Below, piece by piece: positions 32,578-43,695 of a stretch of 64,000 nucleotides of DNA. The stretch is from Chloropicon primus. Lineage: Eukaryota. Location of the stretch: assembly GCA_023205875.1 (NCBI GenBank), contig CP060756.1, forward strand, positions 1,178,001-1,242,000. Reading direction: 5' to 3'. The translations under genes were made by a program, and so were the position numbers. The notes under the pieces are model-generated. The model saw nothing but the letters and a program-made list of their open reading frames with translations. It searched no databases and was not told where the DNA came from. Position 1 is the first letter of the stretch; every line of letters starts with the position of its first letter.

Positions 32578-33438
32578 TTAGGTTCGACTGACCTTGAAGT
32601 CCATCTTCAGCAGCAGCTTGATGGGGAGGGCTCCGCCGCTCTGGGCCTTGATCTTCGCAAAGCTCAAGAGCGCGTTCTTTTGCTTTTTATTCTTCTTCTT
32701 CTTCGTCGTCATCGTCGTCGTCGTCGCCTTCTCCACCTTCCGGACCACCTTGATCTTCAGGGACGGCTGCCCCTGGTCGGGGCGGCCGGCCTCCTCCTCC
32801 TTCACCTTGACCACCTTGGCGGCGGGGGCCTTGGCCGGGGAGTCCCACTCTATCCTCTGGGCCGTCTCCTCGAGGTCCCTGAGGTCCTCCGACATCTCCG
32901 TCTCCGAGCCGCTGTTGTGCGGGGAGACCAGCGGAGGGGTGGCGGGGTCCTGAGGCCCCCGAGGCGAGGCGCCCTTGTCGGTCGTCTTGGGGAGCCAGCC
33001 CCCATTCGAGACGTACTTCCAGTCCTTGTTCCTCATGGAACCCTTCCATATCCTCGCGCTCCCGCACGACAGCCACTCGGGCTTCCAGTCGTCCTTGCCG
33101 TCCCAGGCCACCCTCACCTCGTTCGGGCGCCTGTGCGTTACCTGGGCGCGGTACCACAGGCCGAGGGTCTCGTGGTACACCATGGGCCTCGACGCGACCC
33201 TCTGCTTCTTCAGGACCTTGGTCCCCTTCGCGGCGGCCTCGTGGTCACCACGGGGCCTCTTCGTCGCGTTGTGGCTCGAGGCGTGCTTCGAGCTCTCCTT
33301 GCGGGCGGAGCTCAGGCTCGCCGACCGCGCGGCGCCGGGCTCCGCCGCCGCGGGGGCCTTCGCCCTCCCGCGGCGACCGAGGCCGTTCAGCTCGCGCTGC
33401 AGGCTCAGGGCCAGCCTCGCGTCCTCCGAGATGGACAT
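32578..33438 (-). CDS. Hypothetical nuclear protein with Tudor/chromo-barrel-like domain
   Basis: WYRAQVT....EVRVAWDG...W..EW motif; N-terminal EDARLALSLQRE; lysine-rich tail. Confidence 0.6.
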   Translation of the reverse strand: MSISEDARLALSLQRELNGLGRRGRAKAPAAAEPGAARSASLSSARKESSKHASSHNATKRPRGDHEAAAKGTKVLKKQRVASRPMVYHETLGLWYRAQVTHRRPNEVRVAWDGKDDWKPEWLSCGSARIWKGSMRNKDWKYVSNGGWLPKTTDKGASPRGPQDPATPPLVSPHNSGSETEMSEDLRDLEETAQRIEWDSPAKAPAAKVVKVKEEEAGRPDQGQPSLKIKVVRKVEKATTTTMTTKKKKNKKQKNALLSFAKIKAQSGGALPIKLLLKMDFKVSRT

Positions 33439-34334
33439 CCTCCCTCTCTGTTGCTCCCCCCTCCTCTCCGTCTTCTTGGCGTCACTCGCCCAGCGGACGG
33501 ACGAACGAGCTCGTCCTCGTCGCGGAACTCGGGTCCCCCAACTCCCCTCCGAAACCACCGCGCGTCGCGCGCACGAAACGCCTTCCTCGGCGAAACGAGG
33601 CCACGGAGACCTCCTCCTTCTTCTTATCCCCTCGCGTCGCCGCGCGCGCCGCGGTCCCACACGCCCCTCAAATCCCCGTCCCGACGCCGTGTCCCTCGAG
33701 CGAGGGGTCTACGGAAACCTCGAACGGAGGCGCTTCGTTCTATCCTGTCGCCAAAAAAAACTCGGGTCCAGGAGTCCGCAGTTCCCGTCGCAAAACCTCC
33801 GTCTTCTTCGCCCCACTCGTCTCCGTCCTCGTGACGTTCTCGTCCCTTCTGCCTGCCACGCTCGTCGTCCTTGTAGAAATTCCGGCTTGAAAACTCGCGC
33901 CGCTGAAAAATGGTCTCAACGGCCGAACAGAAATTTCCGTGTTAACTGGCCCGCGCTAACGGAAAATGGGGCTCCCGCTCTTTCTGGATGCGGATGAGAC
34001 TGGCCGGCGAGGTCCTCTCTCTCTCTGCTCTGCTGCTCGCTGCTGCTTGGTGAAGAGGAGGAGGAGCCAAAGCCCTGGTACCAGCCGCAGAAGAAAAAAG
34101 TACACACAAATAGGAAATATATACAAGCAAGCTTTTTTACTTCTTGCTGCGGCCCTGGAGCGAGGGCGATCGGTCCCCGCGGTAGTGCGCGCGATCATTT
34201 CATCATCCAACTCCACTCCTTTGCCCCTCTCCCCCCACACACCCACCATCATCTCCTCGTCCAAACCAGCACCACTTCCGCCGCCAGTTCCACTCCTCCT
34301 CCTCTTCCCCACTTCCCTCTCTCCTCAGCTCAGC

Positions 34335-35775
34335 TCAGTCCATGTCGATCACCCTGCCGAGCTTCTGGACCCTGTTCAGGAGGTTGTCCCCCCTCTTGAT
34401 CGTGGCCTGGTACAGGGTGTTCTTCGTGTCCGGCTGGATGGTCTCGACGATGCCTGCGACCTTGTCGATCTTGCAGTTCAGGTCCCCGGAGACAACGAAC
34501 CTGGCGATCTCGCCGTCCAGGAAGTCGCTGGAGACGCCAAAGGTCGTGGCCATCGCGGCCAGGGACACGCTCTTGTAGGACTCGAGGAATTGGGAGTACA
34601 CCACCTTGCGGATCTCCCTCAGGAAGTAGCGGTGGTGGGCCTCCAGGAACATGTCCCTCTTGATCATGTCCGCGACCCCGGGGAGGGCCCGGAAGAACGC
34701 CGAGTAGTCGCACTGGTACAGGGAGTTCAGGAGGGCCTCGAGGTGAGGCATGTCCCCGATCACGCTGAGGACCTCGGGGGAGTCCACCACCTTCTTCTTC
34801 AGGGTCACGCGGTCCAGGCTGGTGATGCTGCAGACCACGGTGTAGAGCACCAGGGTGGAGTACGGGAAGAGCTCGGTCGTGGTGAAGGTGGCCACGGAGC
34901 TCAGCAGGCGCTCGCCCGCCTCCTTGAAGCTCCTGGTGGTCATGAGGTACACCGACTCGTAGACCTTGAGCTTGTTCTTCCTCTCCCAGTCTCCCCCCTT
35001 CTCCAGGAGCTGCTTACACTTGTCTATCAGAGCCTTCATCACCTGAAAGTCCCCGTCGAAGATCGACATGATTAGCTGGGAGAAGACCAGGTCGAGCTTG
35101 TGGCCGATGGCGACGGTCTTGTCCTCCGCGACCTGTGTCGTTGATGTTCCGAAGACGACGACGGCGGCGAAAGAGAAAAAGGAAAACGGGTGAGGGGGTC
35201 AGAGATCGACGACGACGACGACGACAACGACGACGCGTGGGGGCTCGGCTTACCTTGAACGCCAGCTTCCTCTCCTCCTTCGGTGCCCCTATTTTGCAGA
35301 TGTACTCCGCCTTCGCGGTGAGCGCGTCCTTGACCTCCGAGTCCCCAAGGTTCTCGATCGCGTCCTTGATCTTCTCCTCCAGCTCCTCCAGCTCCTTGGA
35401 CGTCTTGTCCTCCAGCTCCTTCCTCTTCCCCTCGTCCACCGTCCACCCGAACTCGGCGCAGATGGACTTGTAGTGCCCGCTCAAGCCCTCCGCGAACACC
35501 GCATCGAGCACCTCCTTCTTCGCCGCCTCCTTCGACTCCCCGGACGCCTCGGCAGAACGCAGCACGAACAGCTGCGAGCCAGACAAGCAAAGCAGACGAG
35601 CAAACGATCCGTCAGGAAAAAAGGACTGCCCGAGATCACACACCGAGAGAGAGAGAGGGAGAGAGGGAGAGAGAGAGGTCTCTCAAACTTTGCGACCACT
35701 CCTGCTCACCTTCCTCGCCAGCCGAACGAGGAGGTTCGTCTCGTCCTTGTTCTCGTTCGTCACCGTCATCGTCAT
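34335..35775 (-). CDS. RPN7: 26S proteasome regulatory subunit RPN7; exons 35775-35710, 35571-35254, 35132-34335
   Basis: IKDAIENLGDSEV, GGDWERKNKLKVYE, YSQFLESYKSV, YQATIKRGDNLLNRVQKL. Confidence 0.96.
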
Positions 35776-36005
35776 CCCTCCAACACGCACAAATAAAAAA
35801 CAAACTTCACTGTTCACCGTTCACCTCCTCGCCCCCTCCGATCGATCGATCGCCGATCGAGTTTTTTTTTTTTTTTTTTTTGAATAAACTCCTGGATTGA
35901 GGAGAGATGGACTTGGCCAGGAGGGCAAGAACGAAGACAAGACCTTGTTGTTGGGACGACGAGGGTTTTGGTTTTTGGATGGATTGATCGCGATCACGAT
36001 CACAC

Positions 36006-38892
36006 ATGAAGTGGAGCCTGACGACGCGAGGAGCGAAAGGTTTAGTGAGGGCGCCGAGGACGAGACTCGCGGCGAGGCTTGGGAACACCAGGACGCAGGC
36101 CTTGAACCGGACGAGGAGGGACGAAAAAAATTGCGGGGGTTGTGGTCTGTTGAACAACAACCGAAAGACGAGTGCGTTGCACGCGATCGGGGGAGGGAGC
36201 AACCGAAGTTTTGCAGCCATGGCGAGCGCAGCTGCGGTGGAGAAGCCCCTTCTTGCGCAGACGGAGCTGTGCACGCCGCTTTACGACCAGGTGAAGGACA
36301 CGACGTCCCAGGTTGTGCCGTCCTTGAAGGAGCTCCTGGGCGAGTTGAACGAGGAGCTCACCGCGCTGGAGAAGGACGTCGGCGCGGCGGGCGGCGGCCC
36401 AGTGTCGTGGGAGAAGCTCGTCGTCCCCTTGGAAAAGATCGTGGATCGGCTCGGGAAGACTTGGAGCGTGGTGACCCACCTCAAGGCCGTGTGCGACACC
36501 AAGGAGCTTAGGGACGCCGTGGAGGAGGTGCAGCCAGAGCAGGTCGCCTTCTCCTTGAGGCTCTCGCAGAGCGAGCCCTTGTACCGCGGCTTCAAGGCCA
36601 TTAAGGAGGGAGCCGAGTGGGAGACCCTCTCGGAGGCCAGGAAGAGGATCGTGCTGGAGAACTTGAGGGACGCGGAGCTCGCTGGCGTGGCCTTGGAGGG
36701 GGACGACAAGAAGAAGTTCAACGAGATCCAGCAGGAGCTCTCCAAGCTCTCCACCAAGTTCAGCAACAACGTGCTGGACGGGACCAAGGCCTTCGTGAAG
36801 ACGATCACCGACAAGGCTGAGGTGGACGGACTCCCGGCCTCGGCCCTCGCCCTCGCCTCGCAGACCGCCATCTCCAAGGGCCACGAGGGGAGCACGCCGG
36901 AGGAGGGCCCTTGGGTGTTCACCCTGGACATCCCATCGTACCTCCCAGTGATGCTGCACGCCAAGAACAGGTCCTTGAGGGAGGAGACCTACAAGGCTTA
37001 CTTGAGCAGGGCCAGCTCCGGGGACATCGACAACACCCCAGTGATCGACAGGGTCTTGGAGCTCAGAAAGCAGATGGCCCAGCTTTTGGGCTACTCCTGC
37101 TACGCTGACGTCTCCCTCGCCGCGAAGATGGCGAACCTCGACCAGGCGAAGCAGCTCCTCGAGGAGCTGAGGATGGCCTCCTACGACGCCGCAAAGGCGG
37201 ACATGGAGGAAGTGAAAGCCTTTGCGAAGAAGAATGGCTTCGAGGAGGAACTTAGGCATTGGGATGTCAATTTCTGGTAAGTCTGGGCGCACGTACTGAC
37301 CCTTCACCGTGAGCGGTGGCCCCCTATTCCCCCCCCCCAACGCCCCACACCAATTCACAAGGACAGAAGAGCGATGATCGAAACAACATTTTATTAAACA
37401 GTCGTCAGAAACCATAAGTGTTGAAGAACATCTTTTCCCGAAGCTGAGCTCTTTGGGGGAGGGAGGAGAGGGAAAGCCTAACGGGTGTGAAGAGGTCTTC
37501 GCTCGTTACACATACTGACGTGTTGTCTACGCGCTTTTTTTTCACGTTCTTGTGGCTACATTTTCGTGGCCAAACCTTCAGGGCTGAGAGGATGCGTGAG
37601 GCCAAGTACGACGTCAATGATGAGATTCTTAGACCTTACTTCCCTCTGCCACAAGTCATGGAAGGCCTTTTCGAACTCGTGAACAAGCTCTTTGGCATCC
37701 AGGTGGAAGCCGCAGATGGCATGACCCCTGTTTGGAACAAGGACGTGAGATTTTTCAAGATTTCCAAGGATGGAAAGCCACAGGTAAGTCCAACGTCAAA
37801 CGCACCGAGAGTTGAACCAAGGCCAAGAACGGTAAGGGACGGGGTCTATGATTAAAGCAATTTTTACTACGTTATCTTCCTGATAACAAACTATGAAGAC
37901 ATAACTCTCTTCATGAGACCACCGTCCGGCTGATCTGGCTCGTTTGGGAATAAATCGTGTGGGGACCACAACGTGGTTGGAACCATCTTGATACTGACGA
38001 CTTTGAATGCTCCTTTCGATGAACGCAGTCTTACTTCTACTACGATCCGTACTCGAGACCAGAGGAGAAGCGTGGTGGAGCCTGGATGGACGAGGTGGTG
38101 GGCAGGAGTAAAGTTCTGGCCCCAGAAGGTTCCGAAGTCCGTCTCCCTATTGCCCATATGGTGTGCAACCAGTCCCCGCCCATTGGGGATTCCCCTTCGT
38201 TGATGACCTTCAGGGAGGTTGAGACCCTCTTCCACGAATTCGGCCACGCGCTGCAGCACATGCTTACCCAACAGGAGGAGGGCCTTGTCGCTGGAATCCG
38301 CGGAGTGGAGTGGGATGCTGTGGAGCTTCCAAGCCAGTTCATGGAAAACTGGTGCTACCACAAGAGAACCTTGCTTGGTTTTGCCAAGCACTATCAAACG
38401 GGGGAGCCATTGCCAGATGAGTTGTACGAGAAGATCGTGGCCGCGAAGAACTACAGGTCGGGAACCATGATGATGCGCCAGCTTCATTTTGCCTGCACCG
38501 ACCTTGGGCTGCACTCTGACTACGACCCTGGTGTGCACGGAAGTATCTACGACTTTGAGAACACCATTGCTGAGAAGACCATGATTCTCAAGCCACTCCC
38601 GACCGACCGCTTCTTGTGCTCGTTCAGCCACATCTTCGCGGGAGGCTACGCGGCGGGATACTACTCCTACAAGTGGGCCGAAGTGTTGTCCGCAGACGCC
38701 TTCTCTGCGTTTGAGGATGCCGGGCTTGAGGACGATGCCAAGATTGCGTCCACGGGAGTTCGCTTCAGGGACACCGTGCTTGCCTTGGGCGGTGGCAAGG
38801 CCCCCGAGTTGGTGTTCAAGGAGTTCCGCGGCAGGGACCCATCCACTGAGCCCCTTCTGAGGCACTCCGGACTCACCGCAGCCTCGGCTTGA
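36006..38892 (+). CDS. OOP: Organellar oligopeptidase A (M3 zinc peptidase); exons 36006-37276, 37582-37783, 38029-38892
   Basis: Transit peptide; [53 protein letters not shown]. Confidence 0.95.
37366..37454 (+). ncRNA. Intronic box C/D snoRNA (candidate, double guide)
   Basis: Terminal stem AAGAG/CTCTT, C-like GCGATGA (37371), D' CAGA (37406), C' TTGAAGA (37421), D CTGA (37444); guides ATTAAACAGTCG and CTTTTCCCGAAG antisense to conserved LSU rRNA segments. Confidence 0.8.
37837..37927 (+). ncRNA. Intronic box C/D snoRNA (candidate)
   Basis: Terminal stem GGACGGGGTC/GACCACCGTCC, C-like ATGATTA (37848), D' CTGA (37880), C' ATGAAGA (37893), D-like ATGA (37913); guides CGTTATCTT and TAACTCTCTT. 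Confidence 0.65.
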
Positions 38893-38915
38893 TCTCGAGT
38901 CCGGTTCGATCATTC

Positions 38916-38964
38916 TGTAATACACTTCATCATTTCTTTGGGTTTTGCTCTAATCATAGTTACA
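38916..38964. terminator. Opposed chlorophyte-type TGTAA poly(A) signals between convergent genes
   Basis: TGTAA on + at 38916-38920 and on - at 38960-38964; same motif follows many stops (e.g. 3603, 10702, 41414, 53074, 57835, 60194, 62944). Confidence 0.65.
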
Positions 38965-39001
38965 CTCCGGTTGCGGACGGAATTCCGTCCGCAACCGGAG
39001 T
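38964..39001. repeat. Perfect 38-bp palindrome
   Basis: ACTCCGGTTGCGGACGGAATTCCGTCCGCAACCGGAGT equals its reverse complement. Confidence 0.95.
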
Positions 39002-39023
39002 AAGTTATACAAAATTTCTTCCT

Positions 39024-40142
39024 TTACTTTGACGCCGCGACGTCGTACACAGACTTTGGGTTCCGGTGTTGCTTGCCGCTGTTCTCCGGATACAAAATGG
39101 TCCCAAACAACCTGTCCATGTAAGTGAAAAACTGCCCATAGTTGTGCCTGTAGGTCGTGTGGTGAATCGTGTGGTAGCCTGCCCCCATGATGGGTTGGCA
39201 CTCCACCTCGACGCAGTCATGGATGTTGGTCGTCCAAACCGCTGTCCCAAACAGCATGAGCTCGTACGTCAACGCGTGCATTGGAAACACGAACAGGGTC
39301 CAGAAGTAAGGGACGGCCTGCAGGATCCCGTCCAGGGGGTGGAAGGCGAGCCCAGCAAACGGGGAGAGCGTGTTCTCCTTGTTGTACTTGTGGTGGATGT
39401 AATGCAGCTTGTCGTAACCCAGCCTGAGATCGTGAAGCAGCCTGTGGTTCCAGTAGACCCCAAACTCCACGAAGAACATGTAGAGGAAGAAGGACGCGAA
39501 GTAGGTCGCGTAGCTGTACTCGTCCATCCTGACGTACGCCAGAGTCCACCCGCGCTCCACGATGTGCTCGCACAACGCCGGCAGGAAGCTGTACATCGGC
39601 AGGGACCCGAGGCTCACCTTCACCTGCTCCGCCACGTCACCGAACTTTGGCGTGTTCGCCTTGGGGAAGAGGGTGTGGCCGTAGACGCCGTAGATGTAGT
39701 ACGCCCAGGCCATCCCGAGACCCAGGTAGATCAGGTTGGCGAACACGAAGCTCCGGAGCCAGGCCCTCGCCATCAGGGGCCACGCGTCCAGCTTGATCGC
39801 CTCCTTCAGGCCCTGGGGAAGGAGGCAGAACGCCAGCCCGTTCTTCCACTCGGACTCCTGCTCCAGCAGGTACCTCTGCAAGCTCCTGTCGTCCATCTCG
39901 GCGAAATTGTGCACGCGCTTCCCCACGTGCTTCTCCTCCCAGTCCCCCAGCCAGTCTGTCAGGGGCACGCTCACCTGGGTCGCATTCGGGCTCCCCCCCG
40001 GCGCGCTCGTCCACGCCTTGAGGTCCCTCAGCTCCCTCTTCCCCGACCCGTACCCGTAGATCACCACCTGTCTGACGACGAAGCACGCCAAGGCGAAACC
40101 CAGCGCCTTGCGCGCCGTCGACCCGATCGTTTCCTGCGTCAT
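39024..40142 (-). CDS. STE1: Delta7-sterol C5(6)-desaturase (ERG3/STE1/DWF7 family)
   Basis: His boxes YWNHRLLH, LHYIHHKYNKENTLSPFAGLAFHPLDG, YHTIHHTTYRHNYG. Confidence 0.95.
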   Translation of the reverse strand: MTQETIGSTARKALGFALACFVVRQVVIYGYGSGKRELRDLKAWTSAPGGSPNATQVSVPLTDWLGDWEEKHVGKRVHNFAEMDDRSLQRYLLEQESEWKNGLAFCLLPQGLKEAIKLDAWPLMARAWLRSFVFANLIYLGLGMAWAYYIYGVYGHTLFPKANTPKFGDVAEQVKVSLGSLPMYSFLPALCEHIVERGWTLAYVRMDEYSYATYFASFFLYMFFVEFGVYWNHRLLHDLRLGYDKLHYIHHKYNKENTLSPFAGLAFHPLDGILQAVPYFWTLFVFPMHALTYELMLFGTAVWTTNIHDCVEVECQPIMGAGYHTIHHTTYRHNYGQFFTYMDRLFGTILYPENSGKQHRNPKSVYDVAASK

Positions 40143-40553
40143 CTCCTCCCTACGCGAGAGTTCCCGACCCACAACCCACGCAACGCAACGCAAACGCACA
40201 CAAAAACAAGTTCAAGCCAAGTCCTCACACGCTCCCCGTCGAGGCCTCCCAAGACACCACACGAATCTCCCAATCTCCGACACCACACACGCGCACGCGC
40301 ACGCGCGACTCAAAGCCTAAACCTCTGACGTCGCCCGTCAGCCGAGAGTGTCTCTCGTTCTCTCTCTCGCTGGGCCGCAGGCAGAGGATCTCAAACTTCA
40401 ATGATAGACGTTACCCGTTGGGCGTTGGCGTTGGAGAGGAAGAGACCGAGCGAGAGAGAGGGGAGGTGTGGAGTTGTTTTGTGTTTTTGTGTTTGTTGCG
40501 CTCGGGTTTTGTGTTTTGTTCTTTGCGTGTTAGCGCGCGGCAGGGTGTAGAGG

Positions 40554-41369
40554 ATGAGTGCGATATTCGATGGCTACGAGAGGGAGTACTGCGAGCTTTC
40601 GACCCAGCTTGGGCGAAAGATATCGCAGCTCGGTTCCCTGGGCGGAGACATGAAGCAACAAAAAGTGAGGGATATCAACAACGACTTGTCAGAGGCCGAG
40701 GCCTTGATAAGGAGGATGGACTTGGAGGCGAGGAGCCTGCCACCGGACAAGAAAAGCCCGCTGCTGTCGAAGCTGAGAGAGTACAAGGCGGACTTGAGCA
40801 AGCTGAAGAGCGACGCGAAGAAGTCCTCGAGCACGAACGCGGACCTTTCGAACAGAGCGGAGTTAGGGTTGGTTGGCGACAACTGGTCGGCCTCCTCGGC
40901 CGCGCAGAGGGAGCGCCTGCTCGCTACGACGGACAGGATCAACAGGACCGGCGACAACATCAAGCAGAGCAAGCAGACGCTCCTGGAGACGGAGGTAAGC
41001 CCACTTTCTGGCGTGCAGTGACCTGAGAAAACTGCAGGGTTTTTCCCCTGTACGCGTCTCTCCCGCGTCCGCACGTCTTCGTCTTCCCTTTCCCACTCCC
41101 GCCCTTCGCTCTCGCACCGCGTGGTAGCCTGACCTTGCTCGAACACGACTTTTCAGGAACTGGGGGTGAGCATCCTTCAGGACCTTCACAGGCAGCGCGA
41201 GACCATCACGCACGCCAGGGACACCCTCCACGGCGTGGACGACAACATCACGAAGAGCAGAAAGATTCTGAGCGTCATGGCGAGGCGCATCTTGCAAAAT
41301 AAGGCCATTATGTTTGGCATCATCATGCTCTTGGTTGGGTCCATCGGACTGGTGATTTATTTCAAGTAA
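40554..41369 (+). CDS. VTI1: VTI1-type Qb-SNARE; exons 40554-40994, 41157-41369
   Basis: MSAIFDGYEREYCEL, RMDLEARSL, LLETEELGVSILQDLHRQRETI, C-terminal TM. Confidence 0.95.
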
Positions 41370-41592
41370 GGCACCCTCTCTCTCCCCCTCCATCGGGACG
41401 GCGTGGAACTGACTGTAACTCTCTCTCTCTCTCTTTCTGTGTGTGTGCGCGTGTGTGTTGTGCCTGCCTGCCCTGCCTTTGCTTGTCCCCAACAGGTTCA
41501 TCAAGTCGGATAGCAGCTAAACGGAGGTGAAGGGAAAGAAAAATATTGTGTGTATATTGTTTTGTTTTCTGGTTCCTTTTAAGTGTTGCTTC

Positions 41593-43287
41593 TCAAAGGT
41601 CCATGAGCTTCCACTTCCTCCTCATAGTGACGTCCTTCACGGTCGTCTCGGAGATCATGGTGTCGGCGGACTCTCGCCAGTAGTTCGACGTGAGAACGTC
41701 CTTGTATCCCGTCGTTTTCACAATCAGGTGAGGTCCCTCCCAGGACGAGACGTCCTCCAGATCCTTTCCCTGCTTGTCCTGTCTCTGAACCACGACGTCC
41801 TCCTCAAAAGTCACGGGGCTCCCCCTCCTCCTGTTCCTGAAATCCGTGAACGACACGGTCTTGCCCTTCTGCTCGATGATTTTCATGTCCTGCGTGTACA
41901 GGCGGGTGGCGATCTTTCTCACCAAGTACGAAATCCCCAGCGTGACCAGAAATTCCTCGACGCCCTCCGCATCGACGACCTCCCAGGTGCCGCCCAGCTC
42001 CGTGGTCTCCCCCTTTTGCTGGGCCTCCTTCGCCGTCGATCCTGCGGCTGGCGCGGCAGCTTCCGCGTCTCCCAGAAGCGGGGAGTGGAGCGTGCCGTAC
42101 ATCCTCGTCTTCGCGTCCTCCCGGAAAGAAGGAGCTGGGCTGTCTCTGCCCAGCCAGATGTCGGTCACCGCCTGGCACAGCACGTGGGATTGGCAGTTCG
42201 CGAGCGTCTCGCCACCAGACGTTGCCACGAGGGTGCCATCGGTGCCCATCCTGAGCAGGATCACTCTGCCCGGGTGGAGCTTTATGGATCCCAGGCCCCT
42301 CCTCAGAGCCTCGTACTCTTCCTCCGCGCCTTTGGACTTCATGGGCTTTTCCAACTTCTCGTCGAAAGAGCTGATGAGCATTCTGGACGTGATGCCCGAG
42401 AACTGGATCACGAGCCTCATCGTTCTGCCGACCCTTTCCGTCGAGGTGATGATGTCCTCGAGAAGCTCCTCGGACCTCTGCGCGAAGGCGGCCTCGGACA
42501 ATGCCCCGTACTTGGCGCCGAACGCGGCCTTGAACTGGGGGGCGTTCACGTACATGCCCACCGCGTACACGTCGATCGTCAGGGCGATCACTCTCTTGGG
42601 CCTGATACCGAGGCCCGAGAGCAGCTCCAGCTCTTCGGGATACCCGTCGTGCTCGTCCATGACTTGGCTGTACTTGTGTTTCGTTCTGGGCTCCAGGACC
42701 CACTCCTTCGGGAGCGCGGTTCTGGCCACGCCAGACTCGAGGGTCTCGGCGACCGGCTCGCTCCGCACTTCCTCCACGGGAGCCGGCAGGACCGGCGGAC
42801 CGCGCCGTGGTGCGGACCTCTCCTTGGTCATCCGAGACAAGGCCGCGCAGACCAACTGCACCGCGAGGAAGACCATGTACGCGACCGACCCCAGCAGACC
42901 GGACATCGTGCCCAGGCCGACAGCTCCGCCGACCACCGTGGACGTGAACACGGTTAGGGTCGTCATCTGCTTGTTGCGCAACACCCCCTCGAGGCTGGAC
43001 ACGAAGTCGCCCTCCTCCTTGAGGCCGACGACGACCTGGTCCGTCGTTTTCGCGAAGCGGGGGCTGCCCTCGAAGGCCGGCTCGGGGGCGAGGAGGCCGA
43101 CGCCACCGGACCGGCTCCTCGAGGAGGCCGCGACGCTCCTCGACGTCCTTGAAGTCGGGAGGGGATCGCTCGAGTCCCCCCCCTTCACCATGGTTTGCTG
43201 GGGCGCCCCAGCAGCATCAGCGGGGGGCGACGAGTTCCCCTCCGCGCTCGGCGCAATGCACGGAAGACACGACAGTACGACTCCCAT
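41593..43287 (-). CDS. Putatively acylated membrane protein: hydrophobic segment + chalcone-isomerase-fold domain + C-terminal FABP/iLBP-like domain
   Basis: MGVVLSCLPC start; CHI/FAP-like EPRTKHKY...LSGLGIRPKRVIALTIDVYAVGMYV...LCQAVTDIWLG; FABP-like LGGTWEVVDAEGVEEFLVTLGISYLVRKIA...VTMRRKWK. Confidence 0.8.
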   Translation of the reverse strand: MGVVLSCLPCIAPSAEGNSSPPADAAGAPQQTMVKGGDSSDPLPTSRTSRSVAASSRSRSGGVGLLAPEPAFEGSPRFAKTTDQVVVGLKEEGDFVSSLEGVLRNKQMTTLTVFTSTVVGGAVGLGTMSGLLGSVAYMVFLAVQLVCAALSRMTKERSAPRRGPPVLPAPVEEVRSEPVAETLESGVARTALPKEWVLEPRTKHKYSQVMDEHDGYPEELELLSGLGIRPKRVIALTIDVYAVGMYVNAPQFKAAFGAKYGALSEAAFAQRSEELLEDIITSTERVGRTMRLVIQFSGITSRMLISSFDEKLEKPMKSKGAEEEYEALRRGLGSIKLHPGRVILLRMGTDGTLVATSGGETLANCQSHVLCQAVTDIWLGRDSPAPSFREDAKTRMYGTLHSPLLGDAEAAAPAAGSTAKEAQQKGETTELGGTWEVVDAEGVEEFLVTLGISYLVRKIATRLYTQDMKIIEQKGKTVSFTDFRNRRRGSPVTFEEDVVVQRQDKQGKDLEDVSSWEGPHLIVKTTGYKDVLTSNYWRESADTMISETTVKDVTMRRKWKLMDL

Positions 43288-43695
43288 GGCTCGAACTCGA
43301 CGCCTTCTCTCCCTCAACCGCCGTCTCCGGCTCTCTCTCTCCTCCCTCCTCCTGGCGGTGCGTGACACTAGGCGTTGTGGCCTAGAGCTCATCGAAACGC
43401 ATCTCGAAATTGATGATGATGGAGATGGGGGAGGAGTCCAGTTCAGGAATATTGGGGGTTGGGTGGAGAGAGGGGAAAGGGGGTGGTTTTGGATGACGCT
43501 CCTGCCCTGTGAAAAACCAAGATCGACGGACGCAAGCGCTATTGTGAAGACTGACGACGAAATGGCGATGAGAGGCTTAAAAACACAGAGATGAAATGTA
43601 ATACAATAATATAAGAACACCAAAAGACGCCCGCAGAGGCTTGTGCGCGGTGGCGGGCTTCCCATCTTTCCCAGCTGCACTGCTAACGCGCCCTC

